Origin: Mytilus trossulus
Lineage: Eukaryota
Direction of reading: 5' to 3'
NCBI RefSeq assembly: GCF_036588685.1
Contig: NC_086386.1
Coordinates: 29,140,001-29,204,000 of the forward strand
Length of the DNA stretch: 64,000 nt
This document shows, one piece after another, positions 13,901 through 26,197 of the stretch. The notes beneath the pieces are model-generated. The model made no database searches. It was not told where the DNA came from and saw only the letters and a list, made by a program, of their open reading frames with translations. The first letter of the stretch is position 1. Every line of letters begins with the position of its first letter. The translations under genes and the position numbers were made by a program.

Positions 13901-16672
13901 CGTTATTGAGAAGAAAAATGCAGTTTTGTTTGTTTCTATTAACTTTAAAAAAATTGTCACAATAGTAAACAATACAGTAAACCTTTATCGCCTTCTCTAA
14001 TAGAGAGCTTCGATTCTTTTGTTCTATTTCAACCTGGTTTCCGACTGAAATTAAATCAATGATGTAATGTTATTTTCATTTTGGGGGCACAAACAAGGAG
14101 ATAACCCATAATTCTTTAGATTCTGATACAGTGATTTCATGAATTTTGATAAAGGCTATTCCATTAAAATGTATATTGGAGGGTAGGAAGGGAAGTTTAA
14201 TTATTGAATGCGAGTCATGGGTCTTTTTTCAGTATGAAAGTTTCTTCCTACCTCCCATATACATTTTAATGGATTAGCCCTAACATAACTGCACTCTCCT
14301 TATAGCTTAATGTATCTTGAAAATTGTAGAAATCACACAGCCTGCACCTTCACCCCAGCCTTCACCTAAACCATCCCCTCAACCAAGTCCAAAGTTTATC
14401 CGCAGAAGGAACTCTGCCCCAGGCACAGATGATGTCAAATGTGGGAGTTTCCTTGATATCACAAACATTCCACAGACACGTTCCTCAACATCAATCCAGA
14501 CATTGCTTAATACTGGTGTCCTGCCTAGAAGGTTATCAGAAGAATTGTTTGGGGTAAATGTAATTGAATATAAATGTTAAAATAATGCAGAATATGAGGG
14601 ACTCTTTAGTTATAATTTATCTCACTTGCTGATTACAATTGCACTTTTTTATTGACTATGGTAATGCGGATTCATTTATTTTCATGGGCATTTATTTTTC
14701 ATGGATGGAGAAAAACTCACATAATTGTGGATAATTGATTTATAAATATTGCCAATCTCTGCATACACAGCCAATGAAAAGCTTTAATTTGTTGAAAACT
14801 TAAATTGATGGTTCACCTGTACCTATGAAACCCATGAAAATTGGTATCCAACAAATAAAAATGAATCCACAGTATCTTTTTATGGATAAAATATTTAATA
14901 TGGGACCAAGTTACTATTACTGGTGAGAAGTAAATAAAAGATAGAAAGAACTGATTTTTATATTGTAAATATTTTGTACTTTATATATTTTAATGCGACA
15001 TTTAAACCTAATTTAACAGATTATTGATCAATTGTAAATTTATATGGTGACTCTTTTTGAAACATCATTTTAAAGTTTTATGTTTTTTACACAAAATCCC
15101 TACACACACTACAAATAGCTTGATCTATTTTTAGAGTAAGTACAGAGGTGATTCCTCAGAAGATTCAGATTCAGAATCCAGTTTGTTACAGTTGAGTAAG
15201 CAAAGGGCTAAAGGTCAAAACCTTGATGAGATGGTTGTGACAGCTGCAAAAGAAATGGGAAAAGAATTGTATGCTGAGCTCTCATTGGAGGAGAGAAAGG
15301 AAAAACTTGATGCCATGGTAATTGTTTTGTATATTTGGTGTTTCTTTATCAGCAAAAAATAAGGATAGATAATTTACACTTATAGGATGACATACTCATG
15401 AACTATGTTTCATGCTCTTTGGTCAAGTTGTTTGTCTCTTTGATACATTCCCCGTTTCCATCTCCATTTTTACATATACATGTATATGCTATATTCTCTT
15501 ATGGTTGTGGTTGTTTATTTATTTCTTTCATGATTAAACAGTTCTTGTAACATACTGTTCGGAGTGTAATAAATTATAATAATGAAAACAATTTATTTCT
15601 CACAAAAAAAAAGTCTAGAAATCTCTACAGTTAATTTTTATTCCCCACCTACGATAGTAGAGGAGCATTGGTCTGTGCATCTGTCCGTTTGTTCATTTGT
15701 CTGTCTGTCTGTCCCATTTCAGGTTCAAGTTTTTGGTCAAGGTAGTTTTTGACTTGAAACTTAGTACACATGTTGTTTATGGTATGATCTTTCTAATTTT
15801 AAAGCCAAATGAGATTTTCTTACCAAATTTCACGGTCCATTGAACATGGAAAATGATAGTGCAAGTGGGACATCCATGTACTTTTGACACATTCTTGTTT
15901 TCCTTCATTTCCGTTTTCAAAATTAAAAACAACTGATAATATTAATTGATTTGCATGAAAGATTATGATATTTTAAAGTTGTTGCCTAAGTATCTTTAAC
16001 TATTATGTTAAAAATCCCTTTCATGAGTAAAAGAGAGGCTAAAGTCACTACAGGGACATCGAAACTCACTAGTCAAAAACAAACTGACCATGCCATGCCA
16101 AAAAAAGTAGAAAGACCAAAAGACAACTTTATTGATTCAAAAGATTATTTTTCCTTCAGGTTTCCAAACTCCAGAAAGAAATAGATATTGAATCGGAAAA
16201 TAAAACAGAAATGATTAAGGAAGAGATGGAGTCTGTAGATTCAAGTCAGAAAGAGGCTTTACAGCAAAAGATATCTAAATCTGATGAGAAAGTTGAAGCT
16301 TTGATGATGATGATGCTGCACTATTGTGCTGGTCTACAATACTGTTTGGAGGAGGAAGAAGAAGAAAGACGAAAAGGGAAAGAAAAAGATAAGATTGCAA
16401 TGTTAGAACAAACAATAGAGGTACAGAAGCTGACGGAACAAATTCACAAAGAGGCTGAACAAAGCATATCCAGAAACAAAATGGTTGATAGTATCGAAAG
16501 TTCTAGTAGTGACTCAACTTCTGATAATATACGATCTGATATGATGTTGAGTTCTCTTGAAGAAAAAAGTTGTGAAATAAATACTGCTGTAAAAGATGGA
16601 TCAACAAAGGAATTGAACAATGGTTGTATACCTGAAGAGGATAACCTTGAAGTAGAATCCACAATTTATTAA
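1746..16672 (+). CDS. PDZD8: PDZ domain-containing protein 8, 3' portion (10 coding exons in window; 5' exons upstream of window)
   Basis: Exons 1746-1916, 3046-3189, 3759-3865, 6079-6285, 6837-6912, 8335-8429, 10810-10952, 14330-14553, 15135-15317 and 16160-16672 all have AG/GT ends and matching phases. The joined protein has a C2-like segment (NPDWNEDFVF..YLNVCVW..LIGHISLPL), a GFD..CHGDITLGFKY motif, a C1 zinc finger and a C-terminal coiled coil (GKELYAELSLEERKEKLDAMVSKLQKEIDIE...ALMMMMLHYCAGL), matching PDZD8 architecture. Confidence 0.9.
2580..2740 (-). mobile_element. tRNA-derived SINE-like repeat
   Basis: Minus strand reads CCCAGGTGGTCATGTGGTCTAG (A box) ... GGTTCGAATCCCGGCGAG (B box), with an over-long central region; followed by a (TA)n tract. 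Confidence 0.6.
3046..3189 (+). CDS. PDZD8: PDZD8 exon, C2-like domain
   Basis: tttag|aat acceptor, cat|gtaagt donor; NPDWNEDFVFYTSPEDKYLNVCVWCR...LIGH. Confidence 0.88.
3759..3865 (+). CDS. PDZD8: PDZD8 exon (ISLPLADISLDCLLT...)
   Basis: cacag|atc acceptor, ag|gtaagt donor, phase 0-2. Confidence 0.85.
3895..5093. mobile_element. Non-autonomous hAT-type DNA transposon (1.2 kb) in PDZD8 intron
   Basis: Imperfect TIRs CAGTGATTTAGCTAG / CTAGCTAAAACCCTG; perfect 8-bp TSD ATTTTACC at 3887-3894 and 5094-5101; no transposase ORF. Confidence 0.85.
6079..6285 (+). CDS. PDZD8: PDZD8 exon (HQGFDHRMCHGDITLGFKY)
   Basis: long polypyrimidine tract + cag acceptor, ag|gtaatt donor, phase 2-2. Confidence 0.88.
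6320..6602. repeat. Short interspersed Helentron/HINE-like repeat (related copies ~8815-8930, 15640-15900, 26805-26895, 30480-30770)
   Basis: Shared core TTTTTGGTCAAGGTAGTTTTTGA...TAGTACACATGTT..ATGATCTTTCTAATTTTAA, (GTCC/GTCT)n microsatellite and terminal mini-hairpin. Confidence 0.6.
6837..6912 (+). CDS. PDZD8: PDZD8 exon, C1 domain first half (KHDFTATQFTSATYCHFCGKK)
   Basis: tttcag acceptor, aag|gttggt donor; H-x12-CxxC of a C1 finger. Confidence 0.9.
8335..8429 (+). CDS. PDZD8: PDZD8 exon, C1 domain second half (IWLKDAFLCCMCSMICHKKC...C)
   Basis: tttcag acceptor, aa|gtaggt donor; CxxC-x4-HxxC-x7..C completes C1. Confidence 0.9.
8989..10534. mobile_element. Tc1/mariner-like non-autonomous element with internal minisatellite
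   Basis: TIRs (T/C)GGCAGATTCCAAA(T/A)AAGAA at both ends, each flanked by TA (8987-8988, 10535-10536). Confidence 0.7.
9362..9782. repeat. 31-bp minisatellite (TTTGATGGACTTTTTTGTTGCTAACATAATA), ~13 copies
   Basis: Period of 31 directly visible at 9510-9660; degenerate flanking copies. Confidence 0.9.
10810..10952 (+). CDS. PDZD8: PDZD8 exon, basic linker
   Basis: ttacag|g acceptor, g|gtttgt donor, open in the expected phase 2-1. Confidence 0.75.
11228..11735 (-). mobile_element. 5'-truncated L2/Crack-type LINE 3' end
   Basis: Minus strand translates LHWLPIKARITFKILTYMY..G.APSYL..RSLRS..DRSFS..GPKLWNEL..FRCRLKT, the typical CR1-group ORF2 C-terminus; (TTTCATG)n tail. Confidence 0.8.
12449..12843. 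mobile_element. MITE with ~62-bp terminal inverted repeats
   Basis: AATAGACCACTTTCGAGTTCATCCGTCACCGG...CCTTTAT mirrored by ATAAAGG...CCGGTGACGGATGAACTCAAAAGTGGTCTATT. Confidence 0.85.
12938..14127. mobile_element. Non-autonomous DNA transposon starting CAGTCAGGA (further copies 26935-27395 and 44609-45382)
   Basis: Three highly similar copies begin CAGTCAGGAT(C/T)CTA..CTTCGTCAAAATTATCTC; degenerate inverted end near 14120. Confidence 0.7.
14330..14553 (+). CDS. PDZD8: PDZD8 exon, Pro/Ser-rich (PSPQPSPKPSPQPSP)
   Basis: gtag|aa acceptor (phase 1; alternative phase-0 acceptor at 14341), ggg|gtaaat donor. Confidence 0.8.
15135..15317 (+). CDS. PDZD8: PDZD8 exon, start of coiled coil
   Basis: tttag|agt acceptor, atg|gtaatt donor; AAKEMGKELYAELSLEERKEKLDAM. 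Confidence 0.88.
16160..16672 (+). CDS. PDZD8: PDZD8 last coding exon, coiled coil and acidic tail
   Basis: ttccttcag|gtt acceptor; VSKLQKEIDIES...LHYCAGLQ...ESTIY-stop. Confidence 0.9.
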   Translation, partial: VSKLQKEIDIESENKTEMIKEEMESVDSSQKEALQQKISKSDEKVEALMMMMLHYCAGLQYCLEEEEEERRKGKEKDKIAMLEQTIEVQKLTEQIHKEAEQSISRNKMVDSIESSSSDSTSDNIRSDMMLSSLEEKSCEINTAVKDGSTKELNNGCIPEEDNLEVESTIY

Positions 16673-18956
16673 AGCCTTTTTATTTATTGTTAATTTAATA
16701 CTTGTTGTAGTCCTCTATGTTTCAGTAATTATTGTTGAATGATGAAGTTTAATTTTGAATTTTTTTAAATGCATTTTTTATTGTATGATTATATGCTTCA
16801 TATGTTGTATAGTAAGTTATGGAATGAAGAATATGAAGTGGATTCATAATTATTTGTTGGATACTAATTTTTGTGGATTTTGTGGAGCTAAATCTTCAAC
16901 AAATGACACATTTTCTGTGATTTATTTTTATATCTATGAAAATGCAAGATTTCCTAAATCCACAAAAATTGTTACTCACGAAAATACATGAATCCACATT
17001 TTATGGATAAATTATTATTTATTTAATGTATATATATGGTTTAAGTTTGAGTTTTTGTTTAGGCTAGACTCTTTAATTAATTTATTTTTGTATAATCCTA
17101 TTCTGTGAATTATAATATGAATTATGATATTTTATTATTGGCAAAGATACAAGTAGAAAAAACATGCATACATAATTTATGTTTGATACTTGTGGTGCAC
17201 CCAAAACCTAACAGCATAAGATGTAACAAAAAGTCAACTTGATATTATTTCATACAGTTGGATGATATTTTATAACCTGGAAAATTTTCTCTCGTTTTTT
17301 TGTGAAAAAGTACTTTTTAGGATGAAAATGACTGATCCCATTCATTGCAATTTCAATAATTATTAAACAACCTATAAATTGATATTAGACTTTTAAATAA
17401 TAAGTATAATTGTGAAGAATATGTAAAATAAAAATATCCAAGTTTGCGGTATAACTAACTATAATACAAATAAATGGTAAAAATGCATATATTTTTTTTT
17501 TAAATGGCCAAAATTTAGTAAATATCATGTTTTGTGTCTAAAAAAATCAAATTAAAAAAGTATGGGTTTAAATACAGATTTTGAATAGATTATAATGAAA
17601 ACCTTATTTTGTGTGTTAGAAAAATATTTAAAGAATGAAATCAAATGTTAAAACTATAAGATATCTCTTTCTTCCACTGGAAACTAAATGTGCATTTGAT
17701 GTGCACTTTAAAAAAAAATTATAAGCCAAATTAGGTTTCCAACAAGATTTGTGCCATTCACTGACCATGGAACAGGGTCAGGTTAAAGTGTTAATCTAAG
17801 TTAGTTAACCTTGAAGTCATGGTCACATCAATTTGAAACTCTGTACTTATTGATTTTTTGAACTTTTTCAAAATTTGCCAAATTAGGATCTTGACCTAGA
17901 TTTTATGGTAGATTCAACAGGGACATTGAAAGTAGGTTATATGAGAAAATTGTGCCTCAGAAAGATGTTTATTTATTTTCATTCCAGATTGATAGGACTT
18001 TATTTTTGGACAAAATGGACATTTATCATAAAAACAATGTTACTCATGAGTTTTAGGATTTGAGAGTAAAAGCTCTCTTTCCGATTTTTCCCAATCATGT
18101 TACAATGTTCTTGTGGTGATTTTATTTTATATCAGTCTGAGATATAAGTTAGGACCTAATATGGTACTATGAATACAGAACATTTAAGAATAATGTGGTG
18201 TGTCTGTATTTATCCTGAACAAGCTGTTATTGTGTCCTTTTACAGAAAGCTATAAATGTTCATATATGCAGACTGCAATTTTAGTAGAATATGAAAGAAA
18301 TATTTGCAGGGAAAATTCAAAGGGGAGATAATCTACAAAAAATTTAGGGCAAAAACTTACATCATAAAGTACTTAGAAACTATGTAAAATTACCTCAGAT
18401 ATTTTTAATACTTACATATAATATATTTGTTGTCAATCATTCCTTTTTACTACATTTCATATACCAATTTCATTCATACACAATATAATAAGACATTCCA
18501 TTATGAAATATGTAATTCTAGCACGCTTATCATGTTGATTTAATTAATGACTCATAGCCAGTTATTTCTAAATACTTATGATAATTTATATAACTACACA
18601 CCACTCTTGAAGTCACCTTCATTGCATTTACCTTGTCCAAAAAATCTTTACATCAATTTTTTCTCATGTACTCTTGAACAGAATGATATTATATTTTCTC
18701 TAATTTTTCGTCAATTTATCCCTTTCTGCACGCATTGTATAAAAAAAATTAATCAACGTGTGGTTCGTTTGATCTCAGTTAAAATCGATTTATGACGTCA
18801 CATTTTCTTGCTTTTCTCTGAAATTCCTATTTTGACGGCATGAAAAAAGGCCACCATGCCTGATGACTTCACATAGATAGAATACATCTTTTTGTAGATC
18901 ATTCGAAAAGAAGGAATAAGTTTGCCGGCATAATGTTGAAAAATCATTAGAGAAAC

Positions 18957-19121
18957 AGATTCCACCACCAAATCTTCTGTAATACAATATTTATCCACTC
19001 TCAACAGTTAAATTTTAAATATTTAAAACGCTAGGGCAAGCCTTACTTTTTTAAATTTGAAAATTTAACTGTCTCGAGTGGATAAATATCTTAATACACT
19101 CCATGCAGTGGTAGAATCTAT
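18957..19121. repeat. Fold-back end of a non-autonomous DNA element (~18545-19121)
   Basis: AGATTCCACCAC...ATATTTATCCACTC...CAGTTAAATTTT mirrored by AAAATTTAACTG..GAGTGGATAAATAT...GTGGTAGAATCT. Confidence 0.6.
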
Positions 19122-19200
19122 ATGTTATTAACATCTTGACAGTGACAATTTGTAAAGTGTAATACTACAGATTTGAATGGCATCTTATTTGGTCAAGAGT

Positions 19201-19374
19201 CAGTGGCAGATCCAGAGGGGTTTTCTGGGGGTTGAGTGACAGTAATCCCTTCCACCTTCCCTGTCTTTTTTTTGGGAGATAAATAAATTTGAACGGGGAC
19301 ACATGGTTGGAAAACCCCCCTCTTTATTCTAGGTTTGGAAACCCCCTTTTTTTAAATGGCTGGATCTACTCCTG
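19201..19374. mobile_element. Short CAGTGGCGGATCC-type MITE (related copies ~21250-21350, 45793-45954, 46475-46590)
   Basis: TIR-like ends CAGTGGCAGATCCAG / CTGGATCTACTCCTG with G/C-run interior; the 45.8-kb copy is flanked by AGTAA direct repeats. Confidence 0.6.
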
Positions 19375-21606
19375 AGAGCTGAATAGTAATGAATTTTAAT
19401 GTACATGTGCTTTTCAGATCTGTCTGATACATATTTCTTGTTTTCCAATACATTTAAATTGCAGCACTTAGAGAGTATATGCTGAGATTGCTCAGACTGT
19501 CTCATTTTCAGATCTTATCTTTAATATTTATATGACATGTATATTCTTGATGTACTTGTCTGAAACAACCCTGAATTTTGTTGATGAGGTGTTAGTATAT
19601 GTCCAATTTAATAATATCTAACCAACAAGGATTGTTCTCTCACATATATATTTGTTGTCAACTGATAAAACTTTTGTGTATGGACATTTTGTAGAATGGT
19701 TGAAATTTACAAAAATATGTTGTATGAAGGTTATGAAAATTTTGTTGTTACATGTATATAATTTTTGATATGCATAATGTCTAAAAATAAATACTCATAC
19801 ACATTCATACGTAGGAACAAAGAGTTCAAATGTCCAAGTTTTTAATTAAAACCTTTAAAGGCATGAGTATAATAAATTATTCAATTCACATCCTTCAGAC
19901 GTTCACAAGACATGAATAAGAGGATAGTAATGCTCTTTAAAGCCAGGCGTCAAACAGTCATTTTGGCAACCTTTAGCGTCAAATTGGTAAATTCTACCGT
20001 GATTTGTTAAAATATCCTTATCGTGATTCTTCAGAGGTCTCAAATAATTATTGTTACCATCATGTTTGGAAAAAAATTAAGGTGATACGTCAAAATCAGT
20101 TAATGTTTGTATCGTCTAAAAGAAAGTGTACATTTTATGGTCATACACCAAAAATTACCGTTAACGTCAATTGACAAAATCTTTTACCGTTAATTTGTCA
20201 CGAAAGTACCTCCATTACTACCTTCAAATAAGACCTGTGTTTATATTTTTAAAATGGTTTTACAGTCTCAAATTTTATTCTTTTAGTGAAAGACTGCAAT
20301 GACGGCAAAAATAAAACCTTATTTTCAGGTCTCAACTTTCATATTTATATATATATGAAACAATTAAGTCTGTAACAAAAAAGGTATTTTTCTACATGAT
20401 GTATTTTACAAGAATGTATCTAAATATCTTTTAATATTACATGTACTCCTTTGCTCATATGTATTTTCGATAATGTATCTAAATATCTTTTAATATTACA
20501 TGTACTCCTTTGCTCAAATGTATTTTGTTTCAAAACTATCCATAAAATAACCATTTGAAATTTAATGTCAAATACCTTTGTTTGGTTAGTACATTTGTAC
20601 TTAATTATTGTATCTATAGCACATGTGTTTGTTTGAGACCCCCTTCTTATTAACATGTTTTACTGTAGCAAAACTTTGAATTTGTTTGTATATCATTACA
20701 ATCAGAAATTGGACCCTTTTGGGGGAAATATCAGGCAACAATTCAGGTCAGAGTTTCCCCCTGGGTCATTTTTCTTTTTCGCCACCCTTTTCGCTAGACA
20801 AGAAGTTTTTTTGCTGTCTTTATTAAGATTTTTGCCAACTTATTTTTCCTTTTTGCCGCTCTGTTATCTGATGTACATCTGGGACTTATTGTAACAGTTA
20901 CAACATGTAATACCAAGTCTCAGTGTCCATTAAGCCCACATCTCTTATACTTCATAAATAAACACTAAATCAGAATGGATTTCTTTATGCCAATAATTGT
21001 TTTGGTAACCAAAACATTAGCAGGCAGGGAATTATCCTCAATCAATTAAAGGGATCTGAATAGTATTAAAAATTTAAGTTCTAAATGTTTGTATGTGTAA
21101 CTTTAAAAAACAGCAGTTGTAAATAATTCAAAACAATGAAGGAACTTGTTTTTTAAACAGTAAACATCTTTATATGAAATGATTTTCTTTTACAATTCAG
21201 TTTCTGTGAAAAGAAAAGAATAATTTTACAACTTGATAGGTGTACATTGAAGGATCGATCAATGCATTTGAATGGGTACATATAGTTGGAACCCCCCTTT
21301 GTCCTGGGTTGGGAACCCCCCCTTTTTAAAATGGTTGTTTCCACCCCTGGTGAATAGCTTAACATTAGGGGGTATATTATTTGTACTTACCACATAGAAA
21401 TGTGTGAGGGTTTCTTTTTTTGCCTAACATTGTTTTTTTTTTATATACATAGTTATACTTTTCTTTATGAAAGTCTAAATGGTTTGTCTTAGATCTAGAG
21501 TGTTTTATCAAAAACCTGTATGATGGCATATGAGTATTACATAGTTTAAGTCCAAAAAAAAACCATAGCATACAATTTAATTTTTTTTAATCTCTGACCC
21601 TATAAT

Positions 21607-22304
21607 CAGTCAGGGGCATTACTTAAATAAGTAACAATTAAAATTACTTATACAAGTAATGTTGAAAACGAGGCTAATTTAAATATAACTTATATAAGTT
21701 ATTTTTCTGAATATTATTTTTATAGGTGTCCAAGAATACAGATTTTACTAGCTTTAAATATTTTTCACAGTTATCTGGTTATTTTTCCCTTGATATATAA
21801 AAACTAATTCTTCTGAAACCCTAATTAACTTTCCGACGCACTTATCTTTCATACCGACGCTTCTGGGTCAAAGATTGGTCTCTTGGGACTATTAAATTAT
21901 CATTTTCCTCTGAAATCTTGAAGGTAGACTAATATAAATAGATAGATACTTGTGAATTAATTAAGACCTGAAGTTATTTATAATGTGTAACCTAAATCAA
22001 TTAAATATGTGCCTTAGATAAGTGTTATTGCTATTTTTTTCAAAAATGTTTAAAATAACCTATTCAGGTAATATTTTTGTCATTATTTTCAAAGTAACCC
22101 TTTATCTCTTTACTCCTCTCAAATCTGATAAATTCTTTATTTTATGATATAAAATGTTGTTTAAAATCATGAAAACTACATTTAGTGTAAGTTTCTATTG
22201 AAAATTAAAATAACTCTATTAAGTAATTTTATTATTTTTAAAATAAAAAATTACTAATATAAGTAATTAAAAAAGATAACTTGTTTAAGTAACGCCCCTG
22301 ACTG
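21607..22304. mobile_element. MITE with ~25-bp TIRs and 5-bp TSD
   Basis: CAGTCAGGGGCATTACTTAAATAAG / CTTGTTTAAGTAACGCCCCTGACTG; ATAAT on both sides (21602-21606, 22305-22309). Confidence 0.8.
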
Positions 22305-23383
22305 ATAATCATGATGATGTTGATTCATTTATTTTTGTGAATACTAGTTTTCCAGGATTGCAGAAAAATGATTTTTGCGTAGGTATTCAATTTCGTGAAT
22401 TTGCCAAAACGGTGTATGAGCTTTGAGGTAATGTGTATTTCGTTAGACATTTAAATTCATGGTTACCGTAACTACAAAATTCATGAAAATAGGTACTGTG
22501 GATTCATTTATTTTTCGTGGGCACCAATTTTCGTGGATTGAGGAAAACTTGCATTTTGTGGATTTGGCAAAGTCTGTATACATTTCTTAAGAAAATTTGT
22601 AATTGTTTAATATTTTAATTTGTGGTTCCCCTGAATTCACAGTATCCCACAAATATTTTAAAGAATCTACAGAATGTTATATCATTCATTCTCTTCCTGA
22701 TAGGAAAACTTGTACATGTAATAGTTACTCCATTAAAAGTTCATACACAAATATTTATGTAGGTAGTTATTAAAATAACATATTTATTATAAAATAAAAC
22801 CTGCTTATCATGTTGTCAGATATGATTTTGTTCATACAAGACTTGGTTGTCTCTTTTGATTTGTATTACATTCAATATCATGAATATTTCAGAGTTTCTC
22901 TAATGATATGAGTTTGCCATGTGTAAATAGTCACTTGCTCATCTTTGCTTAATAGTTGTCTCGTAGTTTTAAAATAAACCTTACCTCTATAGTCCTAAGT
23001 AAAATCATAATGAAGAAAGTAATTACTCAGAAAATCAATGCATGACATGGTACTTTGTGTGTGTTTTTTCACAAGAAAATTTATATATTTTATTTTGGTA
23101 TACCCTCATTTGATTTTAGGGGAAATAAGCACATTTTCGATGATATCTGAGTGCAAAGGAAAATGTAATGACAACAAAAGGGAAGTTATTCATTTAATAC
23201 ATTTCAAGAAATATATATCTACAAACAAAAATTATAAGAAGTTAGTAATAGTATGTAGTTCAAGATATTGCCATTAACAAAAAGTGTAAACGATGCAAGG
23301 TTCTGGCTGGGGGTCTTAATTTTTTTTTTAATTTATTTTGCCCATTATTTATATCTAATCTATATTTTTTGGGTACTTTATTC

Positions 23384-23532
23384 CAGTCTTCACTCTAAAC
23401 TGCTAAATCTACAGGCCCGCAGCTCAATTTTTGAAAATTTTAGTTAGATTCTGTTGGCCTGTGGGTCTGATTTTTTACAGGCCTGAGAGCAATTTTACCA
23501 GCCGCCTGGCCTGCCACTCGGCATGAAGACTG
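23384..23532. mobile_element. Small MITE (149 bp)
   Basis: CAGTCTTCA / TGAAGACTG ends, TTATTC direct repeat on both flanks, GC-rich interior. Confidence 0.6.
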
Positions 23533-25526
23533 TTATTCTCATTTGGGCCAAGCTCAATCCAAATCCTCATTTGTGGCCTTTGAAACAAACTTTGCTGTTA
23601 TGTATTAAGTGCTAGTATTATTTATCAAGCATGAATATTTTTGCTGTATATGCTATTCTGTAGTATTGCATGATGTTGGGTAAACTCTCTGTGATACCAT
23701 GTGACTGCATATTTGGTCACATGATATAATATTTGTGCTGGTCACATGTGTGCAATATGTATTTTTTTTTGTTTTATCAAAATAAAGTATGTACAACTTG
23801 ATGTGTTAATTTTCTGTGATCAATTAAATTGTTTTGGTACTCAAGGTTTTTCGTAGGTATGCAGAGGTTTAGATTGACCCTCAAGAATATTAAAGCGTTA
23901 CCCCTTTATATTTTGAGTTAGGAATAGTTACTTGTATTTTGAAGGAGAATTGAATAAAATTTAACAGGATCTTTTTGTACATCAGCTATCAGTAAAAATT
24001 TCTCACTTATGAGAAATAGGTTATCTTTATTTTGTATATGGTTTCCTTGCAATGTCAATGTGTCAGTCTGACAGGGTTCACCTGACCTCTTACTCATTTC
24101 ATGGATTTGTACAAACTTTAATGGTGTTTGTATTCTGTTATATCTCTCATATTGTATTTTCTTGTGGTCTCATATTATATTTTCTTGTAGTGTTCTATTG
24201 TATTTTCTTGTAGTCTGTTATTATATATTTCATGTAGTCTCATAGTGGGAATGTATTTCTGTAGTTTCAGTAGGAGGTTGTGTAATTTTTAAGCAGTTAA
24301 GCTGCTTTATGCCAGCACCCTAGATTTATGTTTTACCCAATAAATGCTGAAATATGTGCCACTTTTATTATCTAGCTGGCTATCATGTTATTTATCTTCT
24401 AACTTAAAACTCAACAGTCAGCAAATCATGCGCTTGTTTTATCAGTAACAATAAATTAAAATTTGGAAAGCATCAGTTCAAAGGTTCTAAGCATGCTGGC
24501 TGTAAAACTCAAAATCAATTATCAATCATTGACAAAACAATGAGTAATTAAAAATATAAACATTTTATATTTTATAAAATCAGATCTTAATTAGTATAAA
24601 GAATAACAATAACATAAATCTGTGTATAAATAATAACCATTGCATATAGTAGAATACATGCTAACATAAACAAAGACCATAAGGAAAAGATCCTTATTAC
24701 ATAAATAGTCTATATGACACAATATATAGCTAGGTTTCTTACACTAAATAAATGTGGTGAAAGATCTTTAAAAACTTAAATGGGTTAAAATATTTGTATT
24801 AATTTTCAATTGAAATTTTTTTTTATATTGTGCAATATTGCGCAATTTGATATTTCTTGCTATTGCACAATACTGTGAAATTAAACATTTCTTGCTATTG
24901 CTCAATACTGTGAATTAAAGATTTCTTGCTATTTTATGCAATTGGAAGATTTCTTGCTGTTGCCCAATACTTCATATGATAACTAACACATCCTGCTTGT
25001 TGTGTTTCTCCTATCAGTATATTCTGCTTTTATTATATACATTTGTATCTTGTATTATTAATTGAAAAATGGAAAATTCTAAGAAAAAATACCAAAAATT
25101 ATGAACAAATAAATTCCCCTCCCAAATTTGTTTTGTCCACCCCCTTTGAAGTAATTAACGCCAAACTCAATACCAGCCTCCCCTTAGAGGTATGGTACCT
25201 TGCAGTACAATTTCAGAGAGATCCATACACTTAAACACAAATTAATGTCTGTAAAGTAGAAAAATTATATAGTCAATTACAGAATTGGCCAACATACTTT
25301 TGACCACCGGTATAAAAAGAAAGATGTCATTTTGAAAGTTAAATCATTAAGAATATATTTTCCTTAATTTAATTATGAAATGATTTGTAAATCCAAATTC
25401 GATTATAATTTAAGACCTAGTCACTGATCAAATAAATTTGATTTATGACACAATGAAAATACAATATAGCTAGTTGTCGAAATAATCCTTCTACTCCACA
25501 GCTACTTAATTATTTTCTTGTTGATA

Positions 25527-26188
25527 ACTAGAGGCTCTTAAGAGCCTGTGTCGCTCTATGTGCATATTAAAACAAAAGACACAGATGGATTAATAACAAA
25601 AAAATGTGTTTTGGTGATGGTGATGTGTTTGTAGATCTTACTTTACTGAACGTTTTGCTGCTTATAATTATCTCAATCTATAAGTATAATGAACTTGGCC
25701 CAGTAGTTACAGTGGAAAATATTGACTATAAAGGGCAATAACTCCTTAATTTTGGTCATGTTGATTTATTTTTAGACCTTACTTTGATTAACATTATTGC
25801 TGTTTACAGTTTATCTCTATCTTTTATTATATTTAAGATAATAACCAAAAAATGCAAAATTTCCCTTAAACTACTAATTCGGGGGCATCAACTCAACAAT
25901 ATGTTGTCCAATTCGTCTGAAAATTGCAGGGCAAATAGATCTTGACCTGATAAACAATTTGACCCATGTTCGAATCTATATTTTATCCCAATGTTCTATT
26001 TTTAGCCATGGTGACTATCATGGTTGGTTGTCTAGGTCATCGGACAGATTTTTAAACTAGATACCCCAATGATGATTGTGGCCAAGTTTAGTTAAATTTG
26101 GTCCAGTAGTTTCAGAGAAGAAGATTTTTTGTAATAAATTACGGACGACGGACGTCAAGTGATGAGAAAAGCTCACTTGGCCTATGAG
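25527..26188. mobile_element. Helentron/HINE-like element, single-unit copy of the family at 55216-56986
   Basis: Same 5' hairpin (GAGGCTCT..AGAGCC), same body and (GACG)n...AAAGCTCACTTGGCC end. Confidence 0.7.
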
Positions 26189-26197
26189 CAATACAAT

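Noticed and set aside
20413-20520. 58-bp direct duplication (and the ~28-bp degenerate repeat at 24130-24270)
   Set aside because: Simple local tandem duplications with no structural or coding signal.
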